In this document: positions 31,035-41,845 of the stretch, piece after piece
Layout: every line of letters begins with the position of its first letter
Numbering within the stretch: the first letter of the stretch is position 1
Assembly (NCBI RefSeq): GCF_039541115.1
Contig: NZ_BAABFP010000005.1
Span: forward strand, 496,001-560,000
Origin: Angustibacter luteus
Lineage (GTDB): Bacteria > Actinomycetota > Actinomycetes > Actinomycetales > Angustibacteraceae
Direction: 5' to 3'
DNA length: 64,000 nucleotides
Notes under the pieces: model-generated
The model's input: only the letters and a program-made list of their open reading frames with translations
Told to the model about the DNA's origin: nothing
Database searches by the model: none
Program-made: the position numbers and the translations under genes

Positions 31035-32526
31035 GCTCCTCCGCGGTGTCGCTGGCGTCGATCAGCGCACCGACGACGTCCCGGCCGCCACGAGCCGGCT
31101 CGAGCATCGGCACGCGTTGCAGGGAGTCGCGCCCGGGGATGTCGAAGATGACCGAGTCCCACGAGGCCGCGGCGACGTCCTTGCCGTACTTGGCCAGGCA
31201 GCGGCCGCGGAAGTACGCCCGGGTGTCCTCCGGCGGCTCCTCGACGGCCAGGGCCACCGCGTCGTCCGGCACCAGCTGCTCCATGCGTCCGCGCGCCACC
31301 AGGCGCTGGTAGAGCCCCTTCTCCGGCCGGACGTCGGTGTACTGGACGTCGATCAGCCCGAGCCTCGGGTGGTCCCACTCCAGGCCCTCGCGCTCGCGGA
31401 ACCCTTCCAGGAGAGCCAGCTTCGCCACCCAGTCGAGCTCGCGCGAGCACTCCATCGGGTCCCGCTCGAGTCGGGTCAGCACCGACTCCCAGCGCTCCAG
31501 CACCTCGACGGTGTCGGCGTCGACGTCCGACCCCATCCGCTCGTCGACGTACGCCCGGGCCTGCTCCAGGTAGGCCCACTGCAGCTGGACGGCGGTCAGC
31601 TTGGTCCCGTCCCGCAGCGTGAGCATGGTCTTGAGCGTCGGGTCGTGCGAGACCGCGCGCAACGCGGCGACCGGCCGGTCCACGGTGAGGTCCCGCTTCA
31701 GCGCCCGGTCCTCGACCATCGCCAGCACCAGGGACGTCGTCCCGAGCTTGAGCAGGGTCGCGACCTCGGCCAGGTTCGCGTCGCCGATGATCACGTGCAG
31801 CCGCCGGTACTTGTCTGCACTCGCGTGCGGCTCGTCCCGGGTGTTCACGATCGGCCGCTTCAGCGTGGTCTCCAGCCCGACCTCCACCTCGAAGAAGTCG
31901 GCGCGCTGGGTGAGCTGGTAGCCGGCCTCCTCGCTCTGCGCGCCCAGGCCGACCCGCCCGGCGCCGCAGAACACCTGCCGCGAGACGAAGAACGGCACGA
32001 GGTGCCGGACGATGTCCGCGAACGGGGTGGCCCGGCTCATCAGGTAGTTCTCGTGGGTCCCGTACGACGAGCCCTTGCCGTCGGTGTTGTTCTTGTAGAG
32101 GTTGACCGGGCTCAGCCCCGGGGTGCTCGCGATGGTCCGCACCGCCGACTGCATGATCCGCTCCCCCGCCTTGTCCCAGCGGACGGCGTCCCGCGGGCTC
32201 ATCACCTCCGGCGAGCTGTACTCCGGGTGCGCGTGGTCGACGTACAGCCTTGCGCCGTTGGTCAGGATCACGTTGGCGAGGGTCGGGTCCTCCTCGTCGG
32301 TGAGCTGCGAGGCGTCGGCCAGGGCCCGGCTCATCTCGAAGCCGCGGGCGTCGCGCAACGGCGCCTCGTCCTCGTAGTCCCAGCGGGCGCGGCCGGCGCG
32401 GTTGCCGAGCGGCTGCGCGTACGCGTTCACCACGAGCCCCGACATGATCATCGGGTTCGCCTCCGGCGCCCCGGGCTCGGAGATGCCGTACTCGGTCTCG
32501 ATCCCCATCACCCGTCGCACGCTCAC
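31009..32526 (-). CDS. dop: Pup deamidase/depupylase
   Basis: [43 protein letters not shown]. Confidence 0.97.
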   Translation of the reverse strand: MSVRRVMGIETEYGISEPGAPEANPMIMSGLVVNAYAQPLGNRAGRARWDYEDEAPLRDARGFEMSRALADASQLTDEEDPTLANVILTNGARLYVDHAHPEYSSPEVMSPRDAVRWDKAGERIMQSAVRTIASTPGLSPVNLYKNNTDGKGSSYGTHENYLMSRATPFADIVRHLVPFFVSRQVFCGAGRVGLGAQSEEAGYQLTQRADFFEVEVGLETTLKRPIVNTRDEPHASADKYRRLHVIIGDANLAEVATLLKLGTTSLVLAMVEDRALKRDLTVDRPVAALRAVSHDPTLKTMLTLRDGTKLTAVQLQWAYLEQARAYVDERMGSDVDADTVEVLERWESVLTRLERDPMECSRELDWVAKLALLEGFREREGLEWDHPRLGLIDVQYTDVRPEKGLYQRLVARGRMEQLVPDDAVALAVEEPPEDTRAYFRGRCLAKYGKDVAAASWDSVIFDIPGRDSLQRVPMLEPARGGRDVVGALIDASDTAEELMAALAAR

Positions 32527-32585
32527 CCCGCGAGCCTACGGTCCGTCGGCGGCGGTCCGCCCGGCGGCTCGCATAGGGTCGCTGC

Positions 32586-33131
32586 GTGAGCGTGGAGGAG
32601 CTGGTCGCGATCTACGACCCTGACGACGAGCGCGGACGGGTCGTGGGCTCGGCGCCCCGCTCGCAGGTCCGGGCGCAGAATCTGCCGCACGCCGCGACGG
32701 CCGTGCTGCTCACCGATGACGCCGGGCGCGTCTACGTGCACCGGCGCACGGACACCAAGGACGTCTACCCCGGCACCTGGGACGCGTGGGCCGGTGGCGT
32801 CGTCCGGGCCGGTGAGGACCCGACCGAGGCGGCATCCCGCGAGCTGACCGAAGAGCTCGGCGTGCACGGGCTGACCCTCGAACCGCTCTTCACCGCCTGG
32901 TACCGCGACGATCGGATCCACGAGCTGGCCGTGGCCTTCCTGGCCCGGTGGCGGGGCGCCCAGGTCCACGGCGAGATCGTGCACCAGCCCGAGGAGGTGG
33001 CCGAGGGTGCCTGGCTCGACCTGGACGAGGTCCGCGCACTGATGGTCGACCCCGCCAGGCCGATGATCCCGGACGGCCGTGCCGCCCTGCAGCGCTACCT
33101 CGACGAGCTCGACGTGAGAGGCGCCTCGTGA
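32586..33131 (+). CDS. NUDIX hydrolase (IPP isomerase-like)
   Basis: HRRTDTKDVYPGTWD, GGVVRAGEDPTEAASRELTEELG. Confidence 0.88.
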   Translation: MSVEELVAIYDPDDERGRVVGSAPRSQVRAQNLPHAATAVLLTDDAGRVYVHRRTDTKDVYPGTWDAWAGGVVRAGEDPTEAASRELTEELGVHGLTLEPLFTAWYRDDRIHELAVAFLARWRGAQVHGEIVHQPEEVAEGAWLDLDEVRALMVDPARPMIPDGRAALQRYLDELDVRGAS

Positions 33132-34108
33132 GCCTGCCCCGCCGCACGCTCGCCTTCTGCGCGGCGATCGACCGGCTGTCCGGCCCGCCGCTGTCGCAGA
33201 AGTCGCTGGCCCAGATCCGGCGCACGAGGCGGCTGCAGCCGCCGCACACCTTCCCGTTCAGCCTGCTCTTCGGGGCCGTCCCCCGCGACGTGCGCTGGCA
33301 CGACGAGCAGGCCCTCACCCGGTCCGGTTCCATCCGGGTGCGGCGCTACCTGCCGACCACGCCGTACCCGCCGGGCCCCTGGGGCGGCTCGAGCCGCGCG
33401 CAACGCCCGCTGGTGCTGTACTTCCACGGCGGCGGCTGGGTGCAGGGCGGGGTGTCGGGCTTCGACTCGGTGTGCGCGCAGGTGGCCTCCGGGGTCGGCG
33501 CGGTGGTGGTGTCGGTGGACTACCGCCTGGCGCCTGAGCACCCGTTCCCGGCAGCGGTCGAGGACGCCTTCGACGCCACCAGCTGGGCGGTCGCGCGGGC
33601 GGAGTCCTGGCAGGTCGACCCCGCGCGCGTCGCGGTCATGGGTGACAGTGCCGGCGCGAACCTCGCCGCGGTGGTCAGCCAGCTCGCCCGGGACGCCGGC
33701 GGCCCGCCCATCGCCGCCCAGGTGCTCGCCTACCCAGGGCTCGACGGGACCTTGTCGTCGCCCTCGGTCGTCGCCCTCGCCGATGCCCCGATCCTCACCA
33801 GGCGCGCCATCGACGACTTCGTCGACCGCTACTACCCGACCGGCGACCGCCGCGACCCCCGCTTCTCGCCGCTGCACGCTCCCGACCTGTCGCGGCTGCC
33901 GCGCACGCTCGTCCAGACCGCGGAGTACGACCCGTTGCGGGACGACGGTCTGCGGTACGCCCGCGCGCTCAGCGAGGCCGGGGTCGCCGTCCGGTACACC
34001 GAGTACCGCGACGTCCCGCACGGCTTCCTGTCCTTCCCCGGCGCGGCCGCCTGCGGCGACGCGCCGCTGCGCGAGATCGTCCGCGAGCTCCGGGACGCGC
34101 TGCGGTGA
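33128..34108 (+). CDS. Alpha/beta hydrolase (HSL-family esterase)
   Basis: HGGGW, DYRLAPEHPFP, GDSAG, YDPLRD, HGF. Confidence 0.92.
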   Translation: MSLPRRTLAFCAAIDRLSGPPLSQKSLAQIRRTRRLQPPHTFPFSLLFGAVPRDVRWHDEQALTRSGSIRVRRYLPTTPYPPGPWGGSSRAQRPLVLYFHGGGWVQGGVSGFDSVCAQVASGVGAVVVSVDYRLAPEHPFPAAVEDAFDATSWAVARAESWQVDPARVAVMGDSAGANLAAVVSQLARDAGGPPIAAQVLAYPGLDGTLSSPSVVALADAPILTRRAIDDFVDRYYPTGDRRDPRFSPLHAPDLSRLPRTLVQTAEYDPLRDDGLRYARALSEAGVAVRYTEYRDVPHGFLSFPGAAACGDAPLREIVRELRDALR

Positions 34109-34488
34109 CGCGCGATCCCCAGACGGCCGCGGGACCTCCGCCCGCGTTCCTGCTGCTGGACGTGCTCGCGGTGCTGGTGTTCGCCACCATCGGCCGGATC
34201 AGCCACGACGAGGGGGCCGGTCCGGTCGACGTCCTCGGCACCGCCTGGCCGTTCCTGGTCGGGTGCGCGGTCGGCTGGGCGCTCAGCCGCGCCTGGCGGC
34301 GGCCGACCGCGCTTCGCCCGGTCGGCGTGCCGGTGTGGCTAGCCACCGTCGCGATCGGGATGGCGCTGCGGGCGCTGGCGGACGCCGGCACCGAGCTCTC
34401 GTTCGTCGTCGTCACGACGTTGTTCCTCGGCCTCTTCATGCTGGGCTGGCGGCTCGTCGCGGGCCGGTTCGCCAGGGGCGCGCGGTGA
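34105..34488 (+). CDS. DUF3054-type membrane protein
   Basis: VFATIGRISH, TAWPFLVG, GMALR, LGWR. Confidence 0.8.
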   Translation: MTRDPQTAAGPPPAFLLLDVLAVLVFATIGRISHDEGAGPVDVLGTAWPFLVGCAVGWALSRAWRRPTALRPVGVPVWLATVAIGMALRALADAGTELSFVVVTTLFLGLFMLGWRLVAGRFARGAR

Positions 34489-35462
34489 GCGCGGACGACC
34501 TGGGCGCCCTCGGCACCACCGAGGTCCAGGACGCGGTCGCTGCGCTGCTGGGGACGGCGGTGGGCGAGGGCGCCGCGCTCGGCTGGGTCGAGCCACCGGA
34601 GGCGGACGACGTCCGCACGCTGCTCACCGAGCTCGGCGCGGCCGGCCGCCGTGGCGACGCCGACGTCGTCCTGGCGTGGGACGGTGGCACCCTCGTCGGG
34701 TTCGGCTACTGGCGCCGGTACGCGCGGCCGACGCACCGACCGCAGGCCGACCTCGAACGGGTCGTGGTCGTCGCGAGCCACCGCGGCCGGGGCCTCGGCC
34801 GCGAGCTGGTGGACCGGTTGGTGTCCTCGGCCACGGACGCCGGGATCGAGACCCTGACGTTGGACGTCCGCGGGGACAACGCGAGCGCCATCGCCCTGTA
34901 CGAGCGGGCCGGCTTCCGCCGGTACGGCGTGCTGCCCGACTTCGTCGCGTTCGGCGACCGGCGGTGGGACAAGGTGCTCATGATGCGCCGTCTGCAGGAC
35001 GGACCCGAGGCCGAGCCCACCTCGCAGCCGCGCAGCCAGTCGGCGCGCACGGATCATCTGGTGGCCTGGGCGGTGCTGCAACGCGCCGATGGGTGGGTGC
35101 TCCTCGGACGCCGCGCCGGCGTCACGTACGGCAACGGCTTGTGGGGGCTGCCGGGTGGGCACGTCGAGGACCACGAGTCCATGGCCGAGGCGGCCGCTCG
35201 CGAGGTCGCCGAGGAGGTCGGGCTGGTCGTCGCGCCGTCCGACCTGACGCCGATCGGGGTGACGAGGTACGTGGACGGCGCCATGCGCGGGACCAGCTTC
35301 TTCTTCCGGGCGCGGCGCTGGCAGGGCGATCCCGCTGCCGTGAGCGAGTGCTCCGCCGTCGACTGGTTCGACCCGGAGCGACTGCCGGACGACGCCCTGC
35401 CCTGGCTGGCCGCGACCCTGGGTCGTCACCTGTCGGGCGACTGGTTGGACGACCAGCCCTAA
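34485..35462 (+). CDS. GNAT acetyltransferase-NUDIX hydrolase fusion
   Basis: HRGRGLG...NASAIALYERAGF, linker, then LPGGHVEDHESMAEAAAREVAEEVG in the same frame. Confidence 0.8.
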   Translation: MSADDLGALGTTEVQDAVAALLGTAVGEGAALGWVEPPEADDVRTLLTELGAAGRRGDADVVLAWDGGTLVGFGYWRRYARPTHRPQADLERVVVVASHRGRGLGRELVDRLVSSATDAGIETLTLDVRGDNASAIALYERAGFRRYGVLPDFVAFGDRRWDKVLMMRRLQDGPEAEPTSQPRSQSARTDHLVAWAVLQRADGWVLLGRRAGVTYGNGLWGLPGGHVEDHESMAEAAAREVAEEVGLVVAPSDLTPIGVTRYVDGAMRGTSFFFRARRWQGDPAAVSECSAVDWFDPERLPDDALPWLAATLGRHLSGDWLDDQP

Positions 35463-37831
35463 CCTCGTTGCGCTCCCGGCCGCCAACGTTCGTGCCGGGT
35501 GCCGCGCGGACCCTCGCGGACCAGGTCGAGTCGGGGCGGCGGCCCGTCGCTGCGACCGGTCTGCGGCGGGCGGCTCCCAGCCTGCCAGGGCAGCGGCCAG
35601 CTGGCGCCGCTGCCGGCGTACCCCTGCGCCGCCGCGGCGTGCAGGGTCCAGCTGGGGTCGTACAGGTGCGCTCGACCCAGCGCGCACAGGTCGGCCCGCC
35701 CGGCCAGCAGGATCGAGTTCACGTCGTCGTAGGACGAGATGGCGCCCACCGCGATGGTCGCGACCTTCGAGCGGTGCCGCACGGCGTCCGCGTACGGGGT
35801 CTGGTACGAGCGGCCGAATGCCGGTCGCTCGTCCGGGCTGACCTGGCCGGTGGACACGTCCACGGCATCGGCTCCGGCATCGGCGAACGCCCGGGCCACC
35901 AGGACGGCGTCGTCCACCTCGACGCCGCCGTCCACCCAGTCGGTGGCCGAGATCCGCACGGTCATCGGTCGCCCGGCCGGCCACACCTCGCGGACCGCTG
36001 CGAACACCTCGAGCGGGAAGCGCAGCCGTCCGGCCAGGTCCCCGCCGTAGCCGTCGGTGCGGTGGTTGGTCAGCGGTGAGATGAAGCTGGACAGCAGGTA
36101 GCCGTGCGCGCAGTGCAGCTCGAGCAGGTCGAAGCCCGCCTCGACGCCGCGCCCGGCCGCGGCCACGAACTGGGCCGTGATCTCGGTCAGGTCGTCTGCG
36201 GTCAGCTCGACCGGGACCTGGTTGACGCCCGCCCGGTACGGCAGCGGGGACGGCGCCACGACCGGCCAGTTCCCGTCGGGCAGCGGCTGGTCGATGCCCT
36301 CCCACATCAGCCGGGTCGAGCCCTTGCGGCCGGAGTGGCCGAGCTGCAGCCCGACCTTGGCGTCGCTGTGGGTGTGCACGAAGTCGGTAATGCGGGTGAA
36401 CGCCTGGGTCTGCTCGTCGTTCCACAGCCCGCAGCAGCCGGGCGAGATGCGTGCCTCGGGGGACACGCAGACCATCTCGGTCATCACCAGGCCGGCGCCG
36501 CCGAGCGCCTTGCCGCCGAGATGGGCGAGGTGGAAGTCGCCCGGTACGCCGTCCTGCGCGACGTACATGTCCATCGGGGACACCACGATGCGGTTCGAGA
36601 GCTCCAGGTCGCGCAGCCGCAGGGGCTGGAACATCGGCGGTCGCAGCTCACCGTCGCCGTGGCCGCCCTCCTTGGTGTGCCGGGCGAACCACTCATCGGC
36701 CGCGGCCACGAACTCGGGGTCACGCAGTCGCAGCTCGTCGTAGGTGACCCGGCGGCTGCGGGTCATGATGTTGAACGCGAGCTGCATCGGGTCCTGGTCG
36801 AGGTACTGCCCGAGGTTCTCGAACCACTCCAGGCTGGCCTGAGCCGCCCGTTGGGTGGACAGCACCACCGGCCGGCGCTCGACCTCGTACGCGGCCAGCG
36901 CAGTGTCGACGTCCGGTTGCTCGTGCAGGCAGGCGGCGAGGGCGAGCGCGTCCTCCATCGCCAGCTTGGTACCGGAGCCGATCGAGAAGTGCGCGGTGTG
37001 CGCCGCGTCCCCGAGCAGGACGACGTTGCCGCGCCGCCAGGTGCTGGTGCGGACCGTGCCGAAGCTGATCCAGCGCGAGTTGTTGCCCACCACCCGGTGG
37101 CCGTCCAGCAGGTCGGCGAACAGCTCACGCACCTGGGCGATGGCGGCCTCGTCGGACTCCCCCGGTGCCAGCCCGCTCACGTCCCGGTCGAAACCAGCGG
37201 CGCGCCAGACGTCGTCGTGCATCTCGACGATGAACGTGCTGCCGGTCGCGTCGTAGGGGTACGCGTGCACCTGCATGACGCCGTAGGGCGTCTCGCGCAC
37301 CACGAACGTGAAGGCGTCCAGCACCCGGTCGGTGCCGAGCCACATGTACCGGCAGCGGCGGGTCTCGGTGCTCGCGCCGAAGTCCTGCGCCCAGCGCGCG
37401 CGGGTCGCCGAGTTCACGCCGTCCGCGGCGACGACGAGGTCGTGCGTGCGGGAGAGCTCCTCGACGTCCGGCGCCACGGTGCTGGTGAGCAGCCGCACGT
37501 CGAGGTCGCGGCAGCGCTGCTGCAGGATCTGCAGCAGCCGCAGCCGGCTCATCGCGGCGAAGCCGTGGCCGCCGCTGGTGATGACCTCGTCCTTGACGTG
37601 GATGTCGATGTCGTCCCAGCGAGCGAACTCGCGCTCCATCGCCGCGTGCACCACCGGGTCGGCCTGCTCGATGCCGCCGAGGGTCTGGTCGGAGAAGACC
37701 ACGCCGAACCCGAAGGTGTCGTCCGGTGCGTTGCGCTCCCAGACCGTGACGTCGTGCGCCGGCTGCAGCGCCTTGACCAGAGCGGCCAGGTACAGGCCGC
37801 CGGGTCCACCACCGACGACCGCGATGCGCAT
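35459..37831 (-). CDS. Bifunctional anthraniloyl-/salicylyl-CoA monooxygenase-reductase (flavin monooxygenase + OYE domain)
   Basis: GGGPGGL, TFGFGVVFSD, GDAAHTAHFSIGSGTKLAMED, NRIVVSPM, HCAHGYLLSSF. Confidence 0.92.
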   Translation of the reverse strand: MRIAVVGGGPGGLYLAALVKALQPAHDVTVWERNAPDDTFGFGVVFSDQTLGGIEQADPVVHAAMEREFARWDDIDIHVKDEVITSGGHGFAAMSRLRLLQILQQRCRDLDVRLLTSTVAPDVEELSRTHDLVVAADGVNSATRARWAQDFGASTETRRCRYMWLGTDRVLDAFTFVVRETPYGVMQVHAYPYDATGSTFIVEMHDDVWRAAGFDRDVSGLAPGESDEAAIAQVRELFADLLDGHRVVGNNSRWISFGTVRTSTWRRGNVVLLGDAAHTAHFSIGSGTKLAMEDALALAACLHEQPDVDTALAAYEVERRPVVLSTQRAAQASLEWFENLGQYLDQDPMQLAFNIMTRSRRVTYDELRLRDPEFVAAADEWFARHTKEGGHGDGELRPPMFQPLRLRDLELSNRIVVSPMDMYVAQDGVPGDFHLAHLGGKALGGAGLVMTEMVCVSPEARISPGCCGLWNDEQTQAFTRITDFVHTHSDAKVGLQLGHSGRKGSTRLMWEGIDQPLPDGNWPVVAPSPLPYRAGVNQVPVELTADDLTEITAQFVAAAGRGVEAGFDLLELHCAHGYLLSSFISPLTNHRTDGYGGDLAGRLRFPLEVFAAVREVWPAGRPMTVRISATDWVDGGVEVDDAVLVARAFADAGADAVDVSTGQVSPDERPAFGRSYQTPYADAVRHRSKVATIAVGAISSYDDVNSILLAGRADLCALGRAHLYDPSWTLHAAAAQGYAGSGASWPLPWQAGSRPPQTGRSDGPPPRLDLVREGPRGTRHERWRPGAQRG

Positions 37832-37927
37832 CCTCGCCTCACCTGCCTCACCGGTCACCCTATGGCGTCCTGCTGACGTTGGTCACCGATACGCTATCCC
37901 CTGACGTCGCGACGAGGAGGCCCGCCC

Positions 37928-38755
37928 GTGGGTGCGTTTCGTGGATCGGCTCCGCTCACCTCGGACTGGAAGCACTTCCGGACCAGCTGGGACGGCGGGG
38001 TGTGCACGGTCACGTTCGACCGGCCGGAGAAGCTGAACGCGTTGACCTTCGAGGTCTACGCGGACCTGCGGGACCTGCTGGCCGAGCTGCCGCACCGGGG
38101 TGACACCCGGGTGCTCGTGCTGCGCGGCGAGGGGCGTGCCTTCTGCTCCGGCGGCGACGTGCACGAGATCATCGGACGCACCCTGGAGATGGACCACGCC
38201 GACCTGCTGACCTTCACCCGGATGACCGGCGAGGTCGTGCGGCTGCTCCGGGAGTGCCCGGTACCGGTGATCGCCGCGGTGCACGGGGTGGCCGCGGGGG
38301 CGGGGTCGGTGCTCGCACTGGCCAGTGACCTGCGCGTCGTCGAGCGATCGGCCCGGTTCGCGTTCCTGTTCACCAAGGTCGGCCTCGCCGGCGCGGACAT
38401 GGGGGCGGCGTACCTGCTCCCCCGGCTGGTCGGCCTCGGCCGGGCCAGCGAGCTGCTGCTGCTCGGCGACACGCTGCCGGCGGAGCAGGCGGAGCGCTGG
38501 GGCCTGGTGACCCGCCTGGTGGACGACGGCACCGCGAGCGAGGTGGCCGGGCAGCTCGCGCGCCGGCTGGCCGACGGTCCGGTGCACGCCTACGCGCAGA
38601 CCAAGGCCCTGCTGTCCCGCGAGCTGGACATGAGCCTGTCCGCAGCGGTCGAGCTCGAGGCCGTGACCCAGGCGCTGCTGATGACCAGCGCCGACTACCG
38701 CGAGTTCTACGAGGCGTTCAGCGAGGGCCGGGACCCGCAGTGGAAGGGTCGTTGA
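37928..38755 (+). CDS. Enoyl-CoA hydratase family
   Basis: DRPEKLNALT, FCSGGDV, GVAAGAG, GADMGAAYLLPR. Confidence 0.92.
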   Translation: MGAFRGSAPLTSDWKHFRTSWDGGVCTVTFDRPEKLNALTFEVYADLRDLLAELPHRGDTRVLVLRGEGRAFCSGGDVHEIIGRTLEMDHADLLTFTRMTGEVVRLLRECPVPVIAAVHGVAAGAGSVLALASDLRVVERSARFAFLFTKVGLAGADMGAAYLLPRLVGLGRASELLLLGDTLPAEQAERWGLVTRLVDDGTASEVAGQLARRLADGPVHAYAQTKALLSRELDMSLSAAVELEAVTQALLMTSADYREFYEAFSEGRDPQWKGR

Positions 38756-38759
38756 GCGG

Positions 38760-39941
38760 ATGAGCTGGGACCTCGAACCTCAGCAGCGCGAGCTGGTCAC
38801 CTGGGCTCGCGCTCGCGCGGTGCAGGATCTGCGCCCGCTCGCCGAGGCCGGGACGCCGGGCGAGGTGAACCGGCCGCTGCTCCGGGCGATGGGCGAGCTC
38901 GGTCTGCTCGGTCGGCTGTTCCCCGGCTACGGCCCCGGCGAGGCGGCTGGTGCCGCCGGGCCGGGCGCCCACGCGGAGCTGAGCCGGGAGGCCGCGGCGT
39001 TCGACCTGTGCCTGCTGCGCGAGGCGCTGGCCCGCGAGTGCACCGAGGCCGAGACGGCGCTGGCCCTGCAGGGGCTCGGCGCCTACCCGATCCTGCAGAG
39101 CGGGACCGACACCCAGGTGCGGCGCTGGCTGCCGGCGGTGGCGTCCGGCGACGCCGTGGCGGCCTTCGCGCTGACCGAGCCGGAGGCCGGCTCCGATGCG
39201 GCCGCGCTCGCCCTCGCTGCGGAGCGCGACGGTGACGGCTGGCGGCTGACCGGCACCAAGGTATGGATCTCGAACGCGCCTCAGGCGGACGTGTACACGG
39301 TGTTCGCCCGGACGACGCCGGGTGCCGGCTCCCGTGGGGTCAGTGCGTTCGTGGTGCCGGCGGACCGCGCCGGCCTGGGCGGGCAGTCGCTCGACCTGCT
39401 GTCACCGCACCCGATCGGTCGGCTCGACTTCGACGGGGTCCGCGTCGGGCCCGACGAGCTGCTCGGCGAGGTCGACCGTGGCTTCGCCGTCGCGATGCGC
39501 ACGCTGGACCTGTTCCGGCCCAGCGTGGGCGCCTTCGCCGTGGGGATGGCCGCGGCGGCGCTGGACGCCAGCGTGGCGCACGTGCGTCGTCGGGTGGCCT
39601 TCGGTGGTCCGCTGGCCGACCAGCAGTCCGTGGCGCACCGGCTCGCTGAGATGGCGACGCGCACCCAGGCGGCCCGGCTGCTGGTGTACCAGGCGGCGTC
39701 GGCCTACGACGCCGGACTGCCAGGGGTGACCTCTCGGGCGGCGATGGCCAAGCTCACGGCCACGGAGACCGCGCAGTACGTCGTCGACTCCGCCGTGCAA
39801 CTGCACGGTGCGCGGGCGTTGCAGCGCGGGCACCTTCTCGAGCACCTGTACCGCGAGGTCCGGGCGCCGCGGATCTACGAAGGTGCCTCCGAGGTCCAGC
39901 TCGGCATCATCGCGCGGGAGCTGTTGCGCGACACCGACTGA
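38760..39941 (+). CDS. Acyl-CoA dehydrogenase
   Basis: FALTEPEAGSD, GTKVWISNA, RAPRIYEGASEVQ. Confidence 0.93.
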   Translation: MSWDLEPQQRELVTWARARAVQDLRPLAEAGTPGEVNRPLLRAMGELGLLGRLFPGYGPGEAAGAAGPGAHAELSREAAAFDLCLLREALARECTEAETALALQGLGAYPILQSGTDTQVRRWLPAVASGDAVAAFALTEPEAGSDAAALALAAERDGDGWRLTGTKVWISNAPQADVYTVFARTTPGAGSRGVSAFVVPADRAGLGGQSLDLLSPHPIGRLDFDGVRVGPDELLGEVDRGFAVAMRTLDLFRPSVGAFAVGMAAAALDASVAHVRRRVAFGGPLADQQSVAHRLAEMATRTQAARLLVYQAASAYDAGLPGVTSRAAMAKLTATETAQYVVDSAVQLHGARALQRGHLLEHLYREVRAPRIYEGASEVQLGIIARELLRDTD

Positions 39942-39959
39942 TCAGGGTGGGACCGACGA

Positions 39960-40547
39960 TCACGTGGGCTGCTGCGTGACCAACGAGAGCAGGCCGAGCA
40001 GGCAACAGCCCGCCGCGACGAGAAGCTGCGTCGAGTCGGTTCCGCTCTGCACCAGCCAGTTCCAGGCCTGCGGTGTGCGCAGCGGCTGGGCACTCAGCAG
40101 CACCAGGGACGTGAAGGCCGTGACCGCGCACGGGATGGCAGTCGCCCCAGGCGCCAGGAACCGCAGCGACACCAGGGCCACGGCGGCGAACAGCAGGTAG
40201 TTGCGCTCCCCGGCGGCCAGGCTGATCTGACCCGAGTACGCCGCACCGGCGGCCGCCAGTGCCGCGCCCGGAAGGAGCACCAGCAGCCCCCAGGTGAGCT
40301 GGATCGGCCAGGTGCGTCGGCTGCGCTGCCGCAGCAGGTCTGGCGCCTCATGATGGACCGCGAAGGTCACGGCCGTGGCCGCCACGACGGGCAGCACCAG
40401 CGCCGTCGGCGTGCCGATGCTCTGCACGGGTTGTCCGATGACTGGCAGGGTGGACCGTCCGCACGTCACTGCGAAGACGACCGTCACGCACCAGCAGTAG
40501 GCAGCCTCGCGGACCAGGTGCATGGCCGTCCACGAACGCCAGACCAT
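39960..40547 (-). CDS. Hypothetical multi-pass membrane protein
   Basis: Several hydrophobic segments; start overlaps upstream stop. Confidence 0.65.
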   Translation of the reverse strand: MVWRSWTAMHLVREAAYCWCVTVVFAVTCGRSTLPVIGQPVQSIGTPTALVLPVVAATAVTFAVHHEAPDLLRQRSRRTWPIQLTWGLLVLLPGAALAAAGAAYSGQISLAAGERNYLLFAAVALVSLRFLAPGATAIPCAVTAFTSLVLLSAQPLRTPQAWNWLVQSGTDSTQLLVAAGCCLLGLLSLVTQQPT

Positions 40548-41845
40548 CACGCCGCACCGACAGCCAGGTCGAGGTTGCACGACACGCTGCCCCGCACGAA
40601 CACCTGGAACTGCCGTGGACTCATCGCCCACTGGTTCGGCGGTCGTCCGTCGAGCATGTCCGACACGGTCTGCTCAGCCTGGACACCCAGCGCGAGGTAC
40701 CGCTCGAACGTCGGTGTCGAGTCGGGGCTGGGGTCGGTGACCTCGGGGCAGTCCCTCCCGCCCATGAGCGCCTGCGCCAGCGTCGGGATGCTGATGTGCC
40801 GGGCGTCGTCGTCGGGGCCGAGCACCAGCAGCCCGTAGCGATCGACGGCACCCGACGGCGCCTCATCCAAGCGAGCCGGGACGACGTCGGCGATGTCGGC
40901 GGCTCGAGCCGCCTGGGCGAACGTGGTCACCCGCCGCGCCAGCTGGGGCAGGGCTGGATCGTGACCGACCATCAGGCAGATCGGTACCGCCCGGTCGTCG
41001 GACCCTTCGGCCGAGACGCAGCGCACACGCGTTTCCGCCGTGGTTTCGACCGGCTGGCCTTGCACGAGCGGAGCCACGGCGTACGTCAGCAGGATCGCGG
41101 CCGTGGCCACGGCCAGCGGGGCGCGGGACACCCGGCGCGCCCCGTTGCCTGACGCGCGGGTCGTCGCCGCCAGCGAGAGCAGGGCGAGGATCCACGCGCC
41201 GGCCACGACGCACTGGGCGGCGACCCGCACCGGGTTGAGCTCCAGCCCCAGCATGTGGTGGGAGGCGATGTCCAGATGAGCCGGTGGCACCACCCGGTCC
41301 CCCACGTACCCGAGACCGTAGGTGAGGTACGAGGCGGCGACCAGTGCGGTGAACGACCCGGTCCGTGCGCCCAGCAGCGCGCCGCAGAGGCAGCCGAGCG
41401 CGGCTGACACGCCGAGGACGGCACCTTGCTGCGCCGGTGACGCCCACGAGCCGACGCTGACGCCGCCGGTGCCGGCCAGCACACCGATGACGGTGGCGAC
41501 CGTGAGTGCCTGGGCCACGATGAACGGCAGCAGGGAACCCCACCAGAGTCGGAGGACGTCGCACCCCGGCCTCGGCTGCGTGTTCCAGGCCGCAGCGCGG
41601 TCGCCGGTCAGGGCAGAGCCGGTGTCGTAGGCCGCAACCGCCGCCAGGACGATGCTGGTGAACAGCACCGCGAGGGACGACCAACCCAGCCCGAACGCCC
41701 AGTCCCCGGCCCAGGGCCGGGAGCGGAGGCCGACGGTGAGCAGCACCGAGCTCGTCAGCACGACCGGGAAGGCGTACCACGAGATCGAGCTGTGCACGGT
41801 GTACCGAAACAGCGTCGACCGGCTGCTCTCTCGACGCTGCGTCAC
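40547..41845 (-). CDS. Hypothetical ABC permease-like membrane protein with Cys-containing C-terminal domain
   Basis: N-terminal TM helices then a hydrophilic domain; GTGA-coupled to ABC ATPase. Confidence 0.7.
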   Translation of the reverse strand: MTQRRESSRSTLFRYTVHSSISWYAFPVVLTSSVLLTVGLRSRPWAGDWAFGLGWSSLAVLFTSIVLAAVAAYDTGSALTGDRAAAWNTQPRPGCDVLRLWWGSLLPFIVAQALTVATVIGVLAGTGGVSVGSWASPAQQGAVLGVSAALGCLCGALLGARTGSFTALVAASYLTYGLGYVGDRVVPPAHLDIASHHMLGLELNPVRVAAQCVVAGAWILALLSLAATTRASGNGARRVSRAPLAVATAAILLTYAVAPLVQGQPVETTAETRVRCVSAEGSDDRAVPICLMVGHDPALPQLARRVTTFAQAARAADIADVVPARLDEAPSGAVDRYGLLVLGPDDDARHISIPTLAQALMGGRDCPEVTDPSPDSTPTFERYLALGVQAEQTVSDMLDGRPPNQWAMSPRQFQVFVRGSVSCNLDLAVGAA

